A program made the position numbers and the translations under genes. A stretch of 18,449 bases of DNA from Candidatus Woesearchaeota archaeon (GTDB lineage: Archaea; Nanobdellota; Nanobdellia; Woesearchaeales; JACRKL01): the NCBI GenBank assembly GCA_016219795.1, contig JACRKK010000105.1:1-18449 (forward strand), written 5' to 3'. Shown piece by piece: positions 1 to 8,337 of the stretch (its first letter is position 1; each line of letters begins with the position of its first letter). The notes beneath the pieces were generated by a model that saw only the letters and a list, made by a program, of their open reading frames with translations, made no database searches and was not told the origin of the DNA.

Positions 1-35
1 ATGATATTTGAACATTTTATTTGCAATTTGCTAGT

Positions 36-77
36 TAGCGAATCTCACAATTGTTCAATAGTTAATGAGATTCGCTA
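36..77. repeat. Perfect 12-bp inverted repeat TAGCGAATCTCA (36-47) / TGAGATTCGCTA (66-77) with an 18-nt spacer; function unknown (operator, or terminator hairpin of an upstream gene)
   Basis: Read directly: 66-77 is the exact reverse complement of 36-47. It lies about 120 nt upstream of the rpl44e start. Confidence 0.8.
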
Positions 78-163
78 TTAAATTACAAGAAACCACAAGT
101 TTTGCAGCTGCTAAGTCGAGCATTCTTGCGAGATTTTCACCAGAGCCTATCACCAACGCAAAC

Positions 164-177
164 CTTTTTAAATAAGC
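164..177 (+). promoter_or_regulatory. TATA-like box (CCTTTTTAAATAAG) for rpl44e
   Basis: AT-rich box centred about 25 nt upstream of ATG 196. The same spacing recurs at other first genes in the window, which implies a leaderless mRNA. Confidence 0.5.
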
Positions 178-195
178 ACTTTTTCCCTCCACTCC

Positions 196-504
196 ATGAA
201 ACTCCCTAAAATCATCAAGCGCTATTGCCCCTATTGCAAGAAGCATACTTCCCATAAAGCATCGCAGAACAAGAAGCGGCAAGCCAGTTCTCTCAAGCAC
301 GGCTCTAAATACAGGGCAAGGCTTCGTGGCAGGGCAAGAGGCGCAGGTAATCTGGGTAGGTATTCAAAACCAGCAGTCACCAAATTTAAGATGACGGGCA
401 AGAAGCAGACCAAAAAGACAGATTTCCGCTATGAATGCAGCGTCTGCAAGAAGAGCCATATGCAGTCTGCTGGTATCCGTGCCAAGAAGGTTGAGTTCAC
501 TTAA
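196..504 (+). CDS. rpl44e: 50S ribosomal protein L44e (eL42)
   Basis: 102 aa and very basic. Zinc-ribbon cysteines CPYC...CSVC, and an N-terminus MKLPKIIKRYCPYCKKHTSHK typical of L44e. TAA is followed by a T6 run. Confidence 0.93.
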   Translation: MKLPKIIKRYCPYCKKHTSHKASQNKKRQASSLKHGSKYRARLRGRARGAGNLGRYSKPAVTKFKMTGKKQTKKTDFRYECSVCKKSHMQSAGIRAKKVEFT

Positions 505-542
505 TTTTTTCTTGAGACATCGTTTCGAACCCCTAATCCGAT

Positions 543-556
543 TATTTTATATATTA
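543..556 (+). promoter_or_regulatory. TATA-like box (ATTTTATATATTA) for the surface-protein gene
   Basis: Centred about 26 nt upstream of ATG 576. Confidence 0.5.
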
Positions 557-575
557 TTGATAGTACGAATGACGC

Positions 576-3395
576 ATGCAAAAAAGAGGTGTTCTATGGA
601 TATGCTGCCTTGTCATGGCTCTTACTTCCATGGGCATCGTCTGGGGTGCAGCATGCACAACAACGCCTAGTGCAGCGTGCACGGTCTCTAGTTCTCTCAT
701 GCTGCAGCCTGGCTCTTACAATCTCAACGGCAGTGTGCAGTTCATAACTATCAACACAAGCAATGTGGTGCTTGACTGCAACGGCAGCCTGTTGCAGGGC
801 AATAGCAGTGCAAATTCGTTTGGAATTTTCCTGAACAACGGAGCAGCAGAGAACATTGTCATCAAGAACTGCAACATTACAGGATATGGCTGGCTTATTG
901 GCTCTGATACTGCAATTCATACCAATGTTACCCTGCAGAACAACAGGCTTTATGGCGGGACCGTAGGTATAGAACTGAGCCTTAATGCATCAGCAATTTT
1001 TGGTAATGTTGTTTATAACAATTCTTTTGGGATATTACTCAGTGAAAGCATTAACTCTATCAATTCCTTGATTTACAATAACTCCTTCTCCAGTTATACG
1101 GGGAACGCCATTCAGCTTTTAAATGCCACTAATATCAGCGTCTATAACAATACGGTTTATGCAAGCACCAAAACAGGCAACGCATCAAGGGGGATATATA
1201 TCGGTTCCTCTTCAATGCAGAACCGCATTTACAATAATCTCATTTATGATGGGGCAATTGGCATTCAACTTGAATCTGCATCCAATAATGATATTTATGG
1301 CAACACCATCCGTGATTTTTATTGTGTTCTGGGCAGTACCTGTCCCGCAGATGTAGGATCCTTGTTAGTAGCTATTATTCCCTCTTCAGGCAACCGCATC
1401 TATAACAATTTCATCACCAATATTACCACAGACAGTTTTGGGGGTGGGTCAATGGGGATAGGGATCACGGCATTGACTGCTTCTGATATAAACATCACCA
1501 ACAATACCATAACTCGTTTGGAGGTGGCATTTGGCGTTGGTTCTGATGGTGCTTCCAACATTCTTATCGCAAACAATACTGCAGAGAACGGAAGCAGCAC
1601 TTCAAGTTTTGTCATTATGGCGCTTTCTGGTGATCTTACCGAGGATTTTGACAATTCTTCCATCCTGGACAACACCTTCCGGAACTGGGGTACCTTTTAC
1701 CAGTGTGATGATGTGACCTGTAGTGGCAATAGGTTCTATCAGAACAACCTTATCAACATAAGCCTGAATGCAGTTACTAGTGATGATGGTAGTTACTTCA
1801 ATACATCCTCCCGCGGCAACTACTGGAGCGATATCTCTGACCACAGCCTTAACATGTCTGATACCAACACCGACGGCATCTACGATGCCGGCAGCCAGTT
1901 CCCTTACCGTGCGAACAAGGGTGCTAACATGACCAGCAGCACTGCAGTGGACAATTTCCCTTACAAAAAGCAGAACGGCTGGAATAACCTAAACCCTGCA
2001 TTATTGACAAACATCCCCAACCAGAGCTTCAACAGGACGCAGAATGTTTCCATTAATCTAAGCACCTATTTATCTGATGCAGATGGGGACTCTCTTACCT
2101 TTACGGTCTTGGGTGTGAATGCATCTTTAGTCACCACCACTCTTAACAGCACCATCGGGCTTCTTACTTTCAATGGCAGCTTTCCTGGCGCAACAAGTGC
2201 TGTCCTAAACGCCACAGATGGGTATGGGGGTTATGTGGGAAGCAACAATTTTACCCTCACCGTTACCAACCGAAACCCCACATTATTGACAAACATCCCC
2301 AACATGAGTTTTGCCAAAGGCTCAAACACTACATTAAACATGACTACTTATTTTAGTGATGCAGATGGTGATACTATCAACTATGCAGAACTTAGCCTTA
2401 ACACGACATTAGTGAATGCAACCTATAACAGTACTACAACAATCTATTTTTTCACCTCCAATGCTACAGGAGGCACAGTGCAACATATTATTCTTAACGC
2501 AAGCGATAGTTATGGAGGCTATGCGGAGAGCAACAATTTTTCGATCATTATCACCTGCCAGGAGAATTGGACCTATTCTGCCTGGTCAACATGTTCTGGA
2601 AGCACCCAGACACGGACTGCAATAGATACCAACAGCTGCGGTACGACAGAGAACCGTTCTGCGCTGAGTCAGAGCTGCACAAGTGCATCTACGGGAAGTG
2701 GGGGTAGTGGTTATGCTGGCAAAGCAGCAGGAAACAGCGTGAGCCAAAGCGTTTCATTTACTGATATGGATGTGGGAGAGAACAAAGCGACGTTCAGTTT
2801 CAAAGACATTCCGTTGCGGTCTCTGGTTTTTATTGTTACTCAGGAAGCAAAAAATGTCAAGATTACAAGCAGTGCATCTACCAAAGCTCCCCAGGGGGTG
2901 ACTGTCTTACCGGTTGCATATAAATATATCACCATCACCCATGGTAAACTTGCGGAAGAAGCAATAACTCAAGTGGCCCTTGTCTTTACGGTAGATAAAG
3001 TATGGGTGGAGACTAATGGATTTTGGAAAGAAGAGATTGGTCTAAGCAGGTTTGCAGATGGACAATGGACTGCATTGCCAACAACATTTGTTGCGGAGGA
3101 TGGGACATCCTACCGCTACGAAGCAACATCACCCGGGTTAAGCGTGTTTGCCATCACCAAACATGTGCCGCCACTCGTTGAACCACAGCAGGAAGAGCCT
3201 ATTTTAAAACAAGTAGTGAGCGAAGAAGTTGAGCTACCAGCCTTCCCCCAGGAAATTATTCTTGAAGAGCCGGTTGCAGAGGCACAGCCGTCAGCTTTGC
3301 CAACGGCATCCAGAGCATGGCTTGCGATTCCGGCAGTCGTACTGCTCTTGTGTGCAGGAATATTTGTTGCCTATGTCCGTAAGCGAACCCGTTAG
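576..3395 (+). CDS. Large secreted, heavily N-glycosylation-sequon-rich surface protein. Order of parts: signal peptide, right-handed parallel beta-helix (NosD/PbH1-like) repeats, two cadherin-like repeats, a Cys-rich WxxWxxC module, a PGF-pre-PGF-like domain, a P/E-rich linker and a C-terminal TM anchor
   Basis: N-terminal hydrophobic signal (LWICCLVMALTSMGIVWG). Repeated motifs of the form N-x-I-x-x-N-x-I/NNxIY are typical of beta-helix repeats. Two 94-aa repeats each contain LLTNIPNxSF...SDADGD. The C-terminus ends AWLAIPAVVLLLCAGIFVAYVRKRTR. About 40 N-x-S/T sequons by manual count. Confidence 0.85.
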   Translation: MQKRGVLWICCLVMALTSMGIVWGAACTTTPSAACTVSSSLMLQPGSYNLNGSVQFITINTSNVVLDCNGSLLQGNSSANSFGIFLNNGAAENIVIKNCNITGYGWLIGSDTAIHTNVTLQNNRLYGGTVGIELSLNASAIFGNVVYNNSFGILLSESINSINSLIYNNSFSSYTGNAIQLLNATNISVYNNTVYASTKTGNASRGIYIGSSSMQNRIYNNLIYDGAIGIQLESASNNDIYGNTIRDFYCVLGSTCPADVGSLLVAIIPSSGNRIYNNFITNITTDSFGGGSMGIGITALTASDINITNNTITRLEVAFGVGSDGASNILIANNTAENGSSTSSFVIMALSGDLTEDFDNSSILDNTFRNWGTFYQCDDVTCSGNRFYQNNLINISLNAVTSDDGSYFNTSSRGNYWSDISDHSLNMSDTNTDGIYDAGSQFPYRANKGANMTSSTAVDNFPYKKQNGWNNLNPALLTNIPNQSFNRTQNVSINLSTYLSDADGDSLTFTVLGVNASLVTTTLNSTIGLLTFNGSFPGATSAVLNATDGYGGYVGSNNFTLTVTNRNPTLLTNIPNMSFAKGSNTTLNMTTYFSDADGDTINYAELSLNTTLVNATYNSTTTIYFFTSNATGGTVQHIILNASDSYGGYAESNNFSIIITCQENWTYSAWSTCSGSTQTRTAIDTNSCGTTENRSALSQSCTSASTGSGGSGYAGKAAGNSVSQSVSFTDMDVGENKATFSFKDIPLRSLVFIVTQEAKNVKITSSASTKAPQGVTVLPVAYKYITITHGKLAEEAITQVALVFTVDKVWVETNGFWKEEIGLSRFADGQWTALPTTFVAEDGTSYRYEATSPGLSVFAITKHVPPLVEPQQEEPILKQVVSEEVELPAFPQEIILEEPVAEAQPSALPTASRAWLAIPAVVLLLCAGIFVAYVRKRTR
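1992..2555 (+). repeat. Intragenic tandem duplication, 2 x 282 nt (94 aa), of a cadherin-like/Ig-like module
   Basis: Repeat units start at 1992 and 2274. They share an exact 23-nt string CATTATTGACAAACATCCCCAAC and the GATGCAGATGG (DADG) core. The protein repeats align as NP(A/T)LLTNIPN(Q/M)SF...Y(L/F)SDADGD...DGYGGY / DSYGGY. Confidence 0.8.
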
Positions 3396-3445
3396 AGTTT
3401 TTGGATTAGCTTAACTTTATATACTTCCTTTCTTTGAAGGTAGGC

Positions 3446-4069
3446 ATGCTCGAATGGCTCTGGTATGGTATTAATATAATAGTAGTACTCTTTATCCTTT
3501 TCTTATTGTTTTGGCGTTTCATCTTCCTGCGCAATCCCCCTCCCTCTATTCCAAAAGGTAATGTAGTTGTTGCTCCTGCTGAAGGCATTATTGTGAATAT
3601 TATTTCCTTAACCCGCAAGAATCCGCTGCTCAAAAAAGGACCTGCTGCCTTCCGTACGTCTGTCAGGGGATTTGAAGGAGGTCATCTCATCCAGATTATG
3701 CTCAACATCCATAACATCCATTACCAGCGGGCACCTACAGGGGGGACGGTTAGTTCCATCATTTACACCAAAGGCAAATTCATGAATGCAGTAAAGAATC
3801 TGACCCTTGATGCCCTTGAGAATGAGCGCAATGAAATTGTGCTTGAGCACAAAACGATAGGGGAAGTGAAGGTTATCCAGCTTGCGGGTTTTGTTGCGCG
3901 TAGAATTGAATGCTTTGTTAAGAAGAACCAAACAGTTAAAACGGCCGAAGTGTTGGGAAGAATTAATATGGGGAGTCAGGTATGTCTTGTGCTGCCCAAA
4001 GGAGTTGCCCTGCAGGTGAAGGTAGGGCAGAAAGTCTTTGTGGGAGAAACGATCATGGGGGTGTACTGA
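3446..4069 (+). CDS. psd: Archaeal-type phosphatidylserine (archaetidylserine) decarboxylase proenzyme
   Basis: N-terminal TM helix. Motifs PAEG, HYQRAP and GFVARRI, plus a G-S self-cleavage site in RINMGSQV. The track starts at TTG 3434; I prefer ATG 3446 because the TATA box at 3413-3424 is centred about 26 nt upstream. Confidence 0.85.
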   Translation: MLEWLWYGINIIVVLFILFLLFWRFIFLRNPPPSIPKGNVVVAPAEGIIVNIISLTRKNPLLKKGPAAFRTSVRGFEGGHLIQIMLNIHNIHYQRAPTGGTVSSIIYTKGKFMNAVKNLTLDALENERNEIVLEHKTIGEVKVIQLAGFVARRIECFVKKNQTVKTAEVLGRINMGSQVCLVLPKGVALQVKVGQKVFVGETIMGVY

Positions 4070-4584
4070 TGGAATGGCGCGAAGAAATGCGAATTGCAAA
4101 TCTGTTTACTCTTCTTAATTTGGTTGCAGGCTTTCTTGCGATTGTATTTGCAGAAAACGCTCTCCTAGCATCCGGACTTATCTTTTCAGCAGTGGTCTTT
4201 GATTTTCTTGACGGAAGGGCTGCGCGGATGGCAAAACAGGCACCTTCTGCCTTCGGTAAAGAGCTTGATTCCCTTGCAGATGTGGTGTCGTTTGGGGTTG
4301 CGCCGGCAGTGTTTGGTTATGTCCAGATAGTTGCCGTTTCAGCATATCCTTCGTTACTTGCATTCAGCCTGGTTATACTGACCATATTTGTCGTCTGCGG
4401 GATGCTGCGGCTTGCACGTTTCAACGTTACGAATATCAAAGGCTTTGAAGGCATACCTATCACAACCAACGGCATTCTCTTTCCGCTCCTTTATATTGTA
4501 GGGGTTTCACCTTTGTACTGGACTGGTTTTTACGCTGCTTCTGCATTTCTTATGGTCAGCAAGTTTAAGGTGAAAAAACTATGA
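4069..4584 (+). CDS. pssA: CDP-alcohol phosphatidyltransferase, archaetidylserine synthase-like
   Basis: Signature DGRAARMAKQAPSAFGKELDSLAD (D-G-x2-A-R-x8-G-x3-D-x3-D) and multiple TM helices. ATG 4069 overlaps the psd stop (TGATG). The 29 codons upstream in the track ORF lie inside psd and look non-coding. Confidence 0.85.
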   Translation: MEWREEMRIANLFTLLNLVAGFLAIVFAENALLASGLIFSAVVFDFLDGRAARMAKQAPSAFGKELDSLADVVSFGVAPAVFGYVQIVAVSAYPSLLAFSLVILTIFVVCGMLRLARFNVTNIKGFEGIPITTNGILFPLLYIVGVSPLYWTGFYAASAFLMVSKFKVKKL

Positions 4585-5003
4585 ACGCAATGATAGAAGC
4601 GTTCTTCTCCAGCAGGTTGTTTTGGACTGTACTGTTGTCTATTTTTATTACCAAACCCTTCAAAGCATTTCTGCAGTGGCAGGAAGGCACTTTTTCCTGG
4701 AAAAGCGCAGTCATGGACCTTGGAGGGATGCCTAGCAGCCACGCCTGCATGGTGGCTGCGGTATCTGTGGGTGTCCTTTTGCATGAAGGACCAGGCACGG
4801 CTTTTTTTGTAGCAGTTACGATGGGGGTTATTTTCATCTACGAGGCAGTGACGTTACGAATGTATGTGGAGAATCATGCTCTTGCACTCAATAAGATTGC
4901 AGGCAAAAAGGTACATGCTGAAAGCGTTGGCCACACCTGGCCGGAAGTGATTGTTGGCGGGCTGATAGGCATTGCCCTTGCATTGGTGATTGGGGTGGTG
5001 TGA
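4581..5003 (+). CDS. DUF212 / divergent PAP2-family membrane protein (YuiD-like), function unknown
   Basis: GGMPSSH, a central FxYEA(V)T motif and GHTWPEVIVGGLIG match the family pattern as I remember it from YuiD-type proteins. Its start overlaps the pssA stop (ATGA). Confidence 0.8.
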   Translation: MNAMIEAFFSSRLFWTVLLSIFITKPFKAFLQWQEGTFSWKSAVMDLGGMPSSHACMVAAVSVGVLLHEGPGTAFFVAVTMGVIFIYEAVTLRMYVENHALALNKIAGKKVHAESVGHTWPEVIVGGLIGIALALVIGVV

Positions 5004-5548
5004 TGCTGCTTCTTTTGTTGCAGGGTTTGTATCTGATGTTGCCTGTTGCGTTTGCAAACATGACACCTCCTTTGATGAAGAACCGGTTGCTGTTTCTTGC
5101 AACGCCTGTTGATGGAGGGAGAATGTGGAGAGGAAAACCGATCCTTGGCAGCCATAAGACCTGGAGGGGGCTGATTTCTGGCACAACTGTTGCCATAGTT
5201 ACGGTGTTCTTGCAGCAATGGCTATATGCTTTTGCTTCTTTTCGAAACATAAGTCTTTTGGATTATCCTACTTATAATCCCATTCTTCTGGGTTTCCTGC
5301 TGGGTTTCGGAGCGCTGACAGGCGATATGGTGAAGAGTTTTTTCAAGAGAAGGGTTAGTGTGAAGCCTGGCAAGCCATTTATTCCCTGGGACCAGCTTGA
5401 TTTTCTGTTAGGGAGCTTGACATTTTTGTCACCCCTTTATGTGCCACCTTGGGTGATAGTGCTTTTGGTGCTTGCAGGCGGTTTTGTGTTGCACATTGCT
5501 ATTAATCACCTGGGGTTTTATCTGGGAGTCAGAGATGTAAAATGGTAG
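5003..5548 (+). CDS. carS: CDP-archaeol synthase (CDP-2,3-bis-O-geranylgeranyl-sn-glycerol synthase)
   Basis: Motifs ANMTPP, GSHKTWRG, GDMVKSFFKRR and WDQLD; polytopic. ATG 5003 overlaps the DUF212 stop (TGATG). GTG 5000 is an alternative start. Confidence 0.85.
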   Translation: MLLLLLQGLYLMLPVAFANMTPPLMKNRLLFLATPVDGGRMWRGKPILGSHKTWRGLISGTTVAIVTVFLQQWLYAFASFRNISLLDYPTYNPILLGFLLGFGALTGDMVKSFFKRRVSVKPGKPFIPWDQLDFLLGSLTFLSPLYVPPWVIVLLVLAGGFVLHIAINHLGFYLGVRDVKW

Positions 5549-5608
5549 CATACTAACAGAGGTTTTCTCTTCCTGTTCTGTGGGTCTCTCTGTCTGACAA
5601 AGAAATCT

Positions 5609-5743
5609 TTACGCAGAAACGGTTTTTTTGCAGCAGGACTGGCAATACAATTTGGACCAGTACCCATATTTTGGGGTTTCCGGAACGACAAACCGGGTTT
5701 TGCACATCCTGCAATTTCTTAACTCCTTATAACATTTGGCCAT
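5609..5743 (-). CDS. Candidate 44-aa zinc-ribbon (TRASH/zf-FCS-like) small protein; below the ORF-track size cutoff
   Basis: Manual reverse-complement translation gives MAKCYKELRNCRMCKTRFVVPETPKYGYWSKLYCQSCCKKTVSA, with C-x2-C ... 18 aa ... C-x2-C-C. It lies directly downstream of the helicase gene on the same strand. An AT-rich box (GTTTATTAAC on the minus strand, 5765-5776) is centred about 27 nt upstream. Confidence 0.4.
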   Translation of the reverse strand: MAKCYKELRNCRMCKTRFVVPETPKYGYWSKLYCQSCCKKTVSA

Positions 5744-5793
5744 AGAAGAATGAAAATATATACTGGAGTTAATAAACTTTTCGCTACTCTTCT

Positions 5794-7017
5794 TTAGTTA
5801 AATCTTCTTCGTGGTGGCGGTCCGCGACTAGACCGTCCCCTAAAGCTCCCACCATGCCTTTGTTCGTGTCGTTCTTCCCCTACCCACTGGAGTTGGATGC
5901 GTTCGACTTTTGGCATCTCTTCTTTAGTTACCGTGATATCATAATCCCTAAGAATGCGTCGGTAATTGTCATGGTCCCTATTTGCAAGGAGGTTGATAGC
6001 CCTTCCTTCATTTCCAGCACGTGCAGTTCTCCCAATTCTGTGGATATATTGCTTGCTGTCTTTTGGGATGTCGAAATTGTAGACATGGGAGACGCCAGGG
6101 ATGTCCAACCCTCTAGCTGCAACATCAGTGCAGACAAGGGCAAAAACGCGCTGGGCGTGAAACTGTTTGATGATGCTGTTGCGTTTTGCCTGGGAAAGAC
6201 CCCCATGAATGGGAAGGGCGTCGATGCCCTGCGCTTTGAGATTATTTGCGACAAAGTCAGTAGTATTTTGGGTATTGCAGAATACCATGACGAGGCCAGG
6301 GTGTTCTTGTTTGAGCAGGTGCGCAAGCAAAGAGAGTTTGAGATTGTCCTGTACATCATAGTAAGCCTGGGAGAGTTTTTGTGGGTCCACAAAACTGGTG
6401 ACAGATACTTCTTCCGGATTATGCATATAGTTCTGCGCCAGAGCAACGATTTCAGGAGGTACGGTTGCTGAGAACAGAAGGGTCTGGCGCTCTTTTGGAC
6501 AGGCACTCATGATGCGCTCAACGTCTTCGATGAACCCCATATCGAGCATCCGGTCTGCCTCGTCAAGTACGAGGATGCGCACGGAGCGTAACGATAAGGT
6601 AGTGCGCTCAAGATGGTCAAGGATCCGTCCTGGTGTCCCTACCACAACATCGGTATGGGTGAGTTCATCAATCTGGGGATTGATGGAAACGCCACCGTAA
6701 ACTGCTGCGATGTTGAGTGGTTTGTATTTGGAGAACTGGCGTAGTGCCATGGCTACCTGCTCTGCAAGCTCCCGGGTGGGTGTGAGAACAAGCGATTGGA
6801 CTCCCTTACCCTTGATGCAATTCTGGATGATGCCTGCGCCAAATGCCAAGGTTTTGCCTGATCCTGTGGCTGATCCTGCAATGACATCTTTTCCTGCAAT
6901 GACCTGGGGAATTGATTTTTCCTGGATTTCGCTGGGTTCAGTGAAATGCATTTCTTCTGTGACCCGAAGAATGGGTTCTATAATACCTAACTCTCTAAAG
7001 GTGACCATATACGACAA
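5794..7017 (-). CDS. DEAD-box ATP-dependent RNA helicase with an RG-rich C-terminal tail
   Basis: Q motif FTEPSEIQ, motif I AGSATGSGKT, PTRELA, DEAD, SAT and HRIGRTARAG. The tail reads GGSFRGRSSRGPPPRRRFN. The start could instead be the in-frame ATG at 7008. Confidence 0.92.
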   Translation of the reverse strand: MSYMVTFRELGIIEPILRVTEEMHFTEPSEIQEKSIPQVIAGKDVIAGSATGSGKTLAFGAGIIQNCIKGKGVQSLVLTPTRELAEQVAMALRQFSKYKPLNIAAVYGGVSINPQIDELTHTDVVVGTPGRILDHLERTTLSLRSVRILVLDEADRMLDMGFIEDVERIMSACPKERQTLLFSATVPPEIVALAQNYMHNPEEVSVTSFVDPQKLSQAYYDVQDNLKLSLLAHLLKQEHPGLVMVFCNTQNTTDFVANNLKAQGIDALPIHGGLSQAKRNSIIKQFHAQRVFALVCTDVAARGLDIPGVSHVYNFDIPKDSKQYIHRIGRTARAGNEGRAINLLANRDHDNYRRILRDYDITVTKEEMPKVERIQLQWVGEERHEQRHGGSFRGRSSRGPPPRRRFN

Positions 7018-7050
7018 AGCGTTTGGCTTCTCTATATAAAGGTTGCTAAA

Positions 7051-8250
7051 TCACTTCCCACTCACAATCTCAACCACATCCCTGTGCTTTAAGACATGCT
7101 CTTTGCCGACGGTTTTTTTGGTCCTTACGTCAATGGCGCGAATAAAATGGTTGCCCAGATCCGAATGCACCCAGAATGCAAAATCCAGAGCTGTGGAGGC
7201 CTCAGGCATCAAAAAACAGTCAGGCAGGATGTTGCCATACTGGTCTCCCAGCTTGTTGACACCGCCGGGAAAGATGGCCATATATCTGAGAAGCTGATAG
7301 ACTGCAGCATCCATAACTTGCTGGATTCCTGTCCCTCCCCACTTGCTAATAATCTGTGTTTTAATAAATAAAAGCGCTTGTTTTTGTTTTGGGGTAAGTT
7401 TGGATTCGTCCGTTATCGTAAAGTCACCGTCGCCTGGGATGTAGGATATCAGGCCTTTTTTTGCTGCTTCGCGCAGCGCAAGCTCGCATTCTGCGCTACA
7501 GGGGATGAGAAGATGCTCTCGAAATTGCTCTTTCAACCGCTTGAAATTTGCTTCTGCGCAGGGCACATCGATCTTATTGCAGGCGATGATCATGGGTTTT
7601 GTCTGCTTGCGTAATGCAGTGGCTATGCTTTTGAGAGCAGCCTCATCCCATAGATGGGGTTTTTCCCGGTCTAGGTTCAGCTGCTTGATAACTGTATCAA
7701 CCATATCTTCTGTCACGCGGAAGCCGCTCATCTGTTTTGCCAGTGCTTTATGGATATGCCCTTTTTCCTGGACGACCTGGCGCGCAAAGCGCTCCCATTT
7801 TTTGTTGATGATGCCAAAGTACCACAGATCAATCTCCCGCTCAAGGAACTGGATGTCGTTTGCTGGGTCATAGCTTCCTGGCTGAACGGGCTCGCCTTTT
7901 TCATTGACGCTTCCTGAGACATCCACGACGTGGATGAGTGCGTGTGCCTGGCTTAAATCATCGAGAAACTGGTTGCCCATACCTTTTCCTTCATGCGCGC
8001 CCGGCACAAGCCCTGCAACATCAAGAAGGTCAACAGGCACAAAACGCTGGTGCCTGATGCAATAGCCGAAGCGGGGGTTGCATTGGGTGTTGAATTCCTT
8101 GTCCACGCATTCTACCCGGACATAGCTTGTGCCGTGATTTGGCTTGATGGTGGTAAATGGATAATTTGCGATGTCTACTTCTGCTAAGGTGCACCCTTTG
8201 AAGAAGGTTGACTTACCAGCAGAGGGTTTACCTACGAGTCCGATGAGCAT
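7051..8250 (-). CDS. Obg-like GTPase (Ygr210/YchF branch) with a C-terminal TGS domain
   Basis: G1 [10 protein letters not shown]2 [10 protein letters not shown]3 [20 protein letters not shown] with a glycine-rich extension, and an intact G4 NKID. The C-terminal [11 protein letters not shown] is TGS-like. Confidence 0.88.
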   Translation of the reverse strand: MLIGLVGKPSAGKSTFFKGCTLAEVDIANYPFTTIKPNHGTSYVRVECVDKEFNTQCNPRFGYCIRHQRFVPVDLLDVAGLVPGAHEGKGMGNQFLDDLSQAHALIHVVDVSGSVNEKGEPVQPGSYDPANDIQFLEREIDLWYFGIINKKWERFARQVVQEKGHIHKALAKQMSGFRVTEDMVDTVIKQLNLDREKPHLWDEAALKSIATALRKQTKPMIIACNKIDVPCAEANFKRLKEQFREHLLIPCSAECELALREAAKKGLISYIPGDGDFTITDESKLTPKQKQALLFIKTQIISKWGGTGIQQVMDAAVYQLLRYMAIFPGGVNKLGDQYGNILPDCFLMPEASTALDFAFWVHSDLGNHFIRAIDVRTKKTVGKEHVLKHRDVVEIVSGK

Positions 8251-8337
8251 TCATCCTGAAAATAAGCAGTGGTTTTTATAGTTTGTTGCTTCTCCATAGA
8301 ACAACTTTTATAAATTATGCTATCTCCCAAGGCAAGC
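8251..8337. promoter_or_regulatory. Divergent promoter region with two TATA boxes, one per strand
   Basis: TATAAAAA on the minus strand (8273-8280) is centred about 26 nt from ATG 8250. TTTTATAAATT on the plus strand (8306-8316) is centred about 27 nt from ATG 8338. Confidence 0.5.

Noticed and set aside
55-300. An 81-aa minus-strand ORF
   Set aside because: It is antisense to the well-supported rpl44e gene and its promoter, and it carries no motif.
3982-4068. A 29-codon N-terminal extension of the pssA ORF
   Set aside because: It lies inside psd in another frame. ATG 4069 overlaps the psd stop and gives a normal TM-start protein.
5854-6506. A 205-aa plus-strand ORF and a 192-aa out-of-frame minus-strand ORF inside the helicase gene. 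Similar internal ORFs occur at 7043-8187, 13092-13568 and 14274-14721
   Set aside because: All are nested in or antisense to strongly supported genes and show no motifs.
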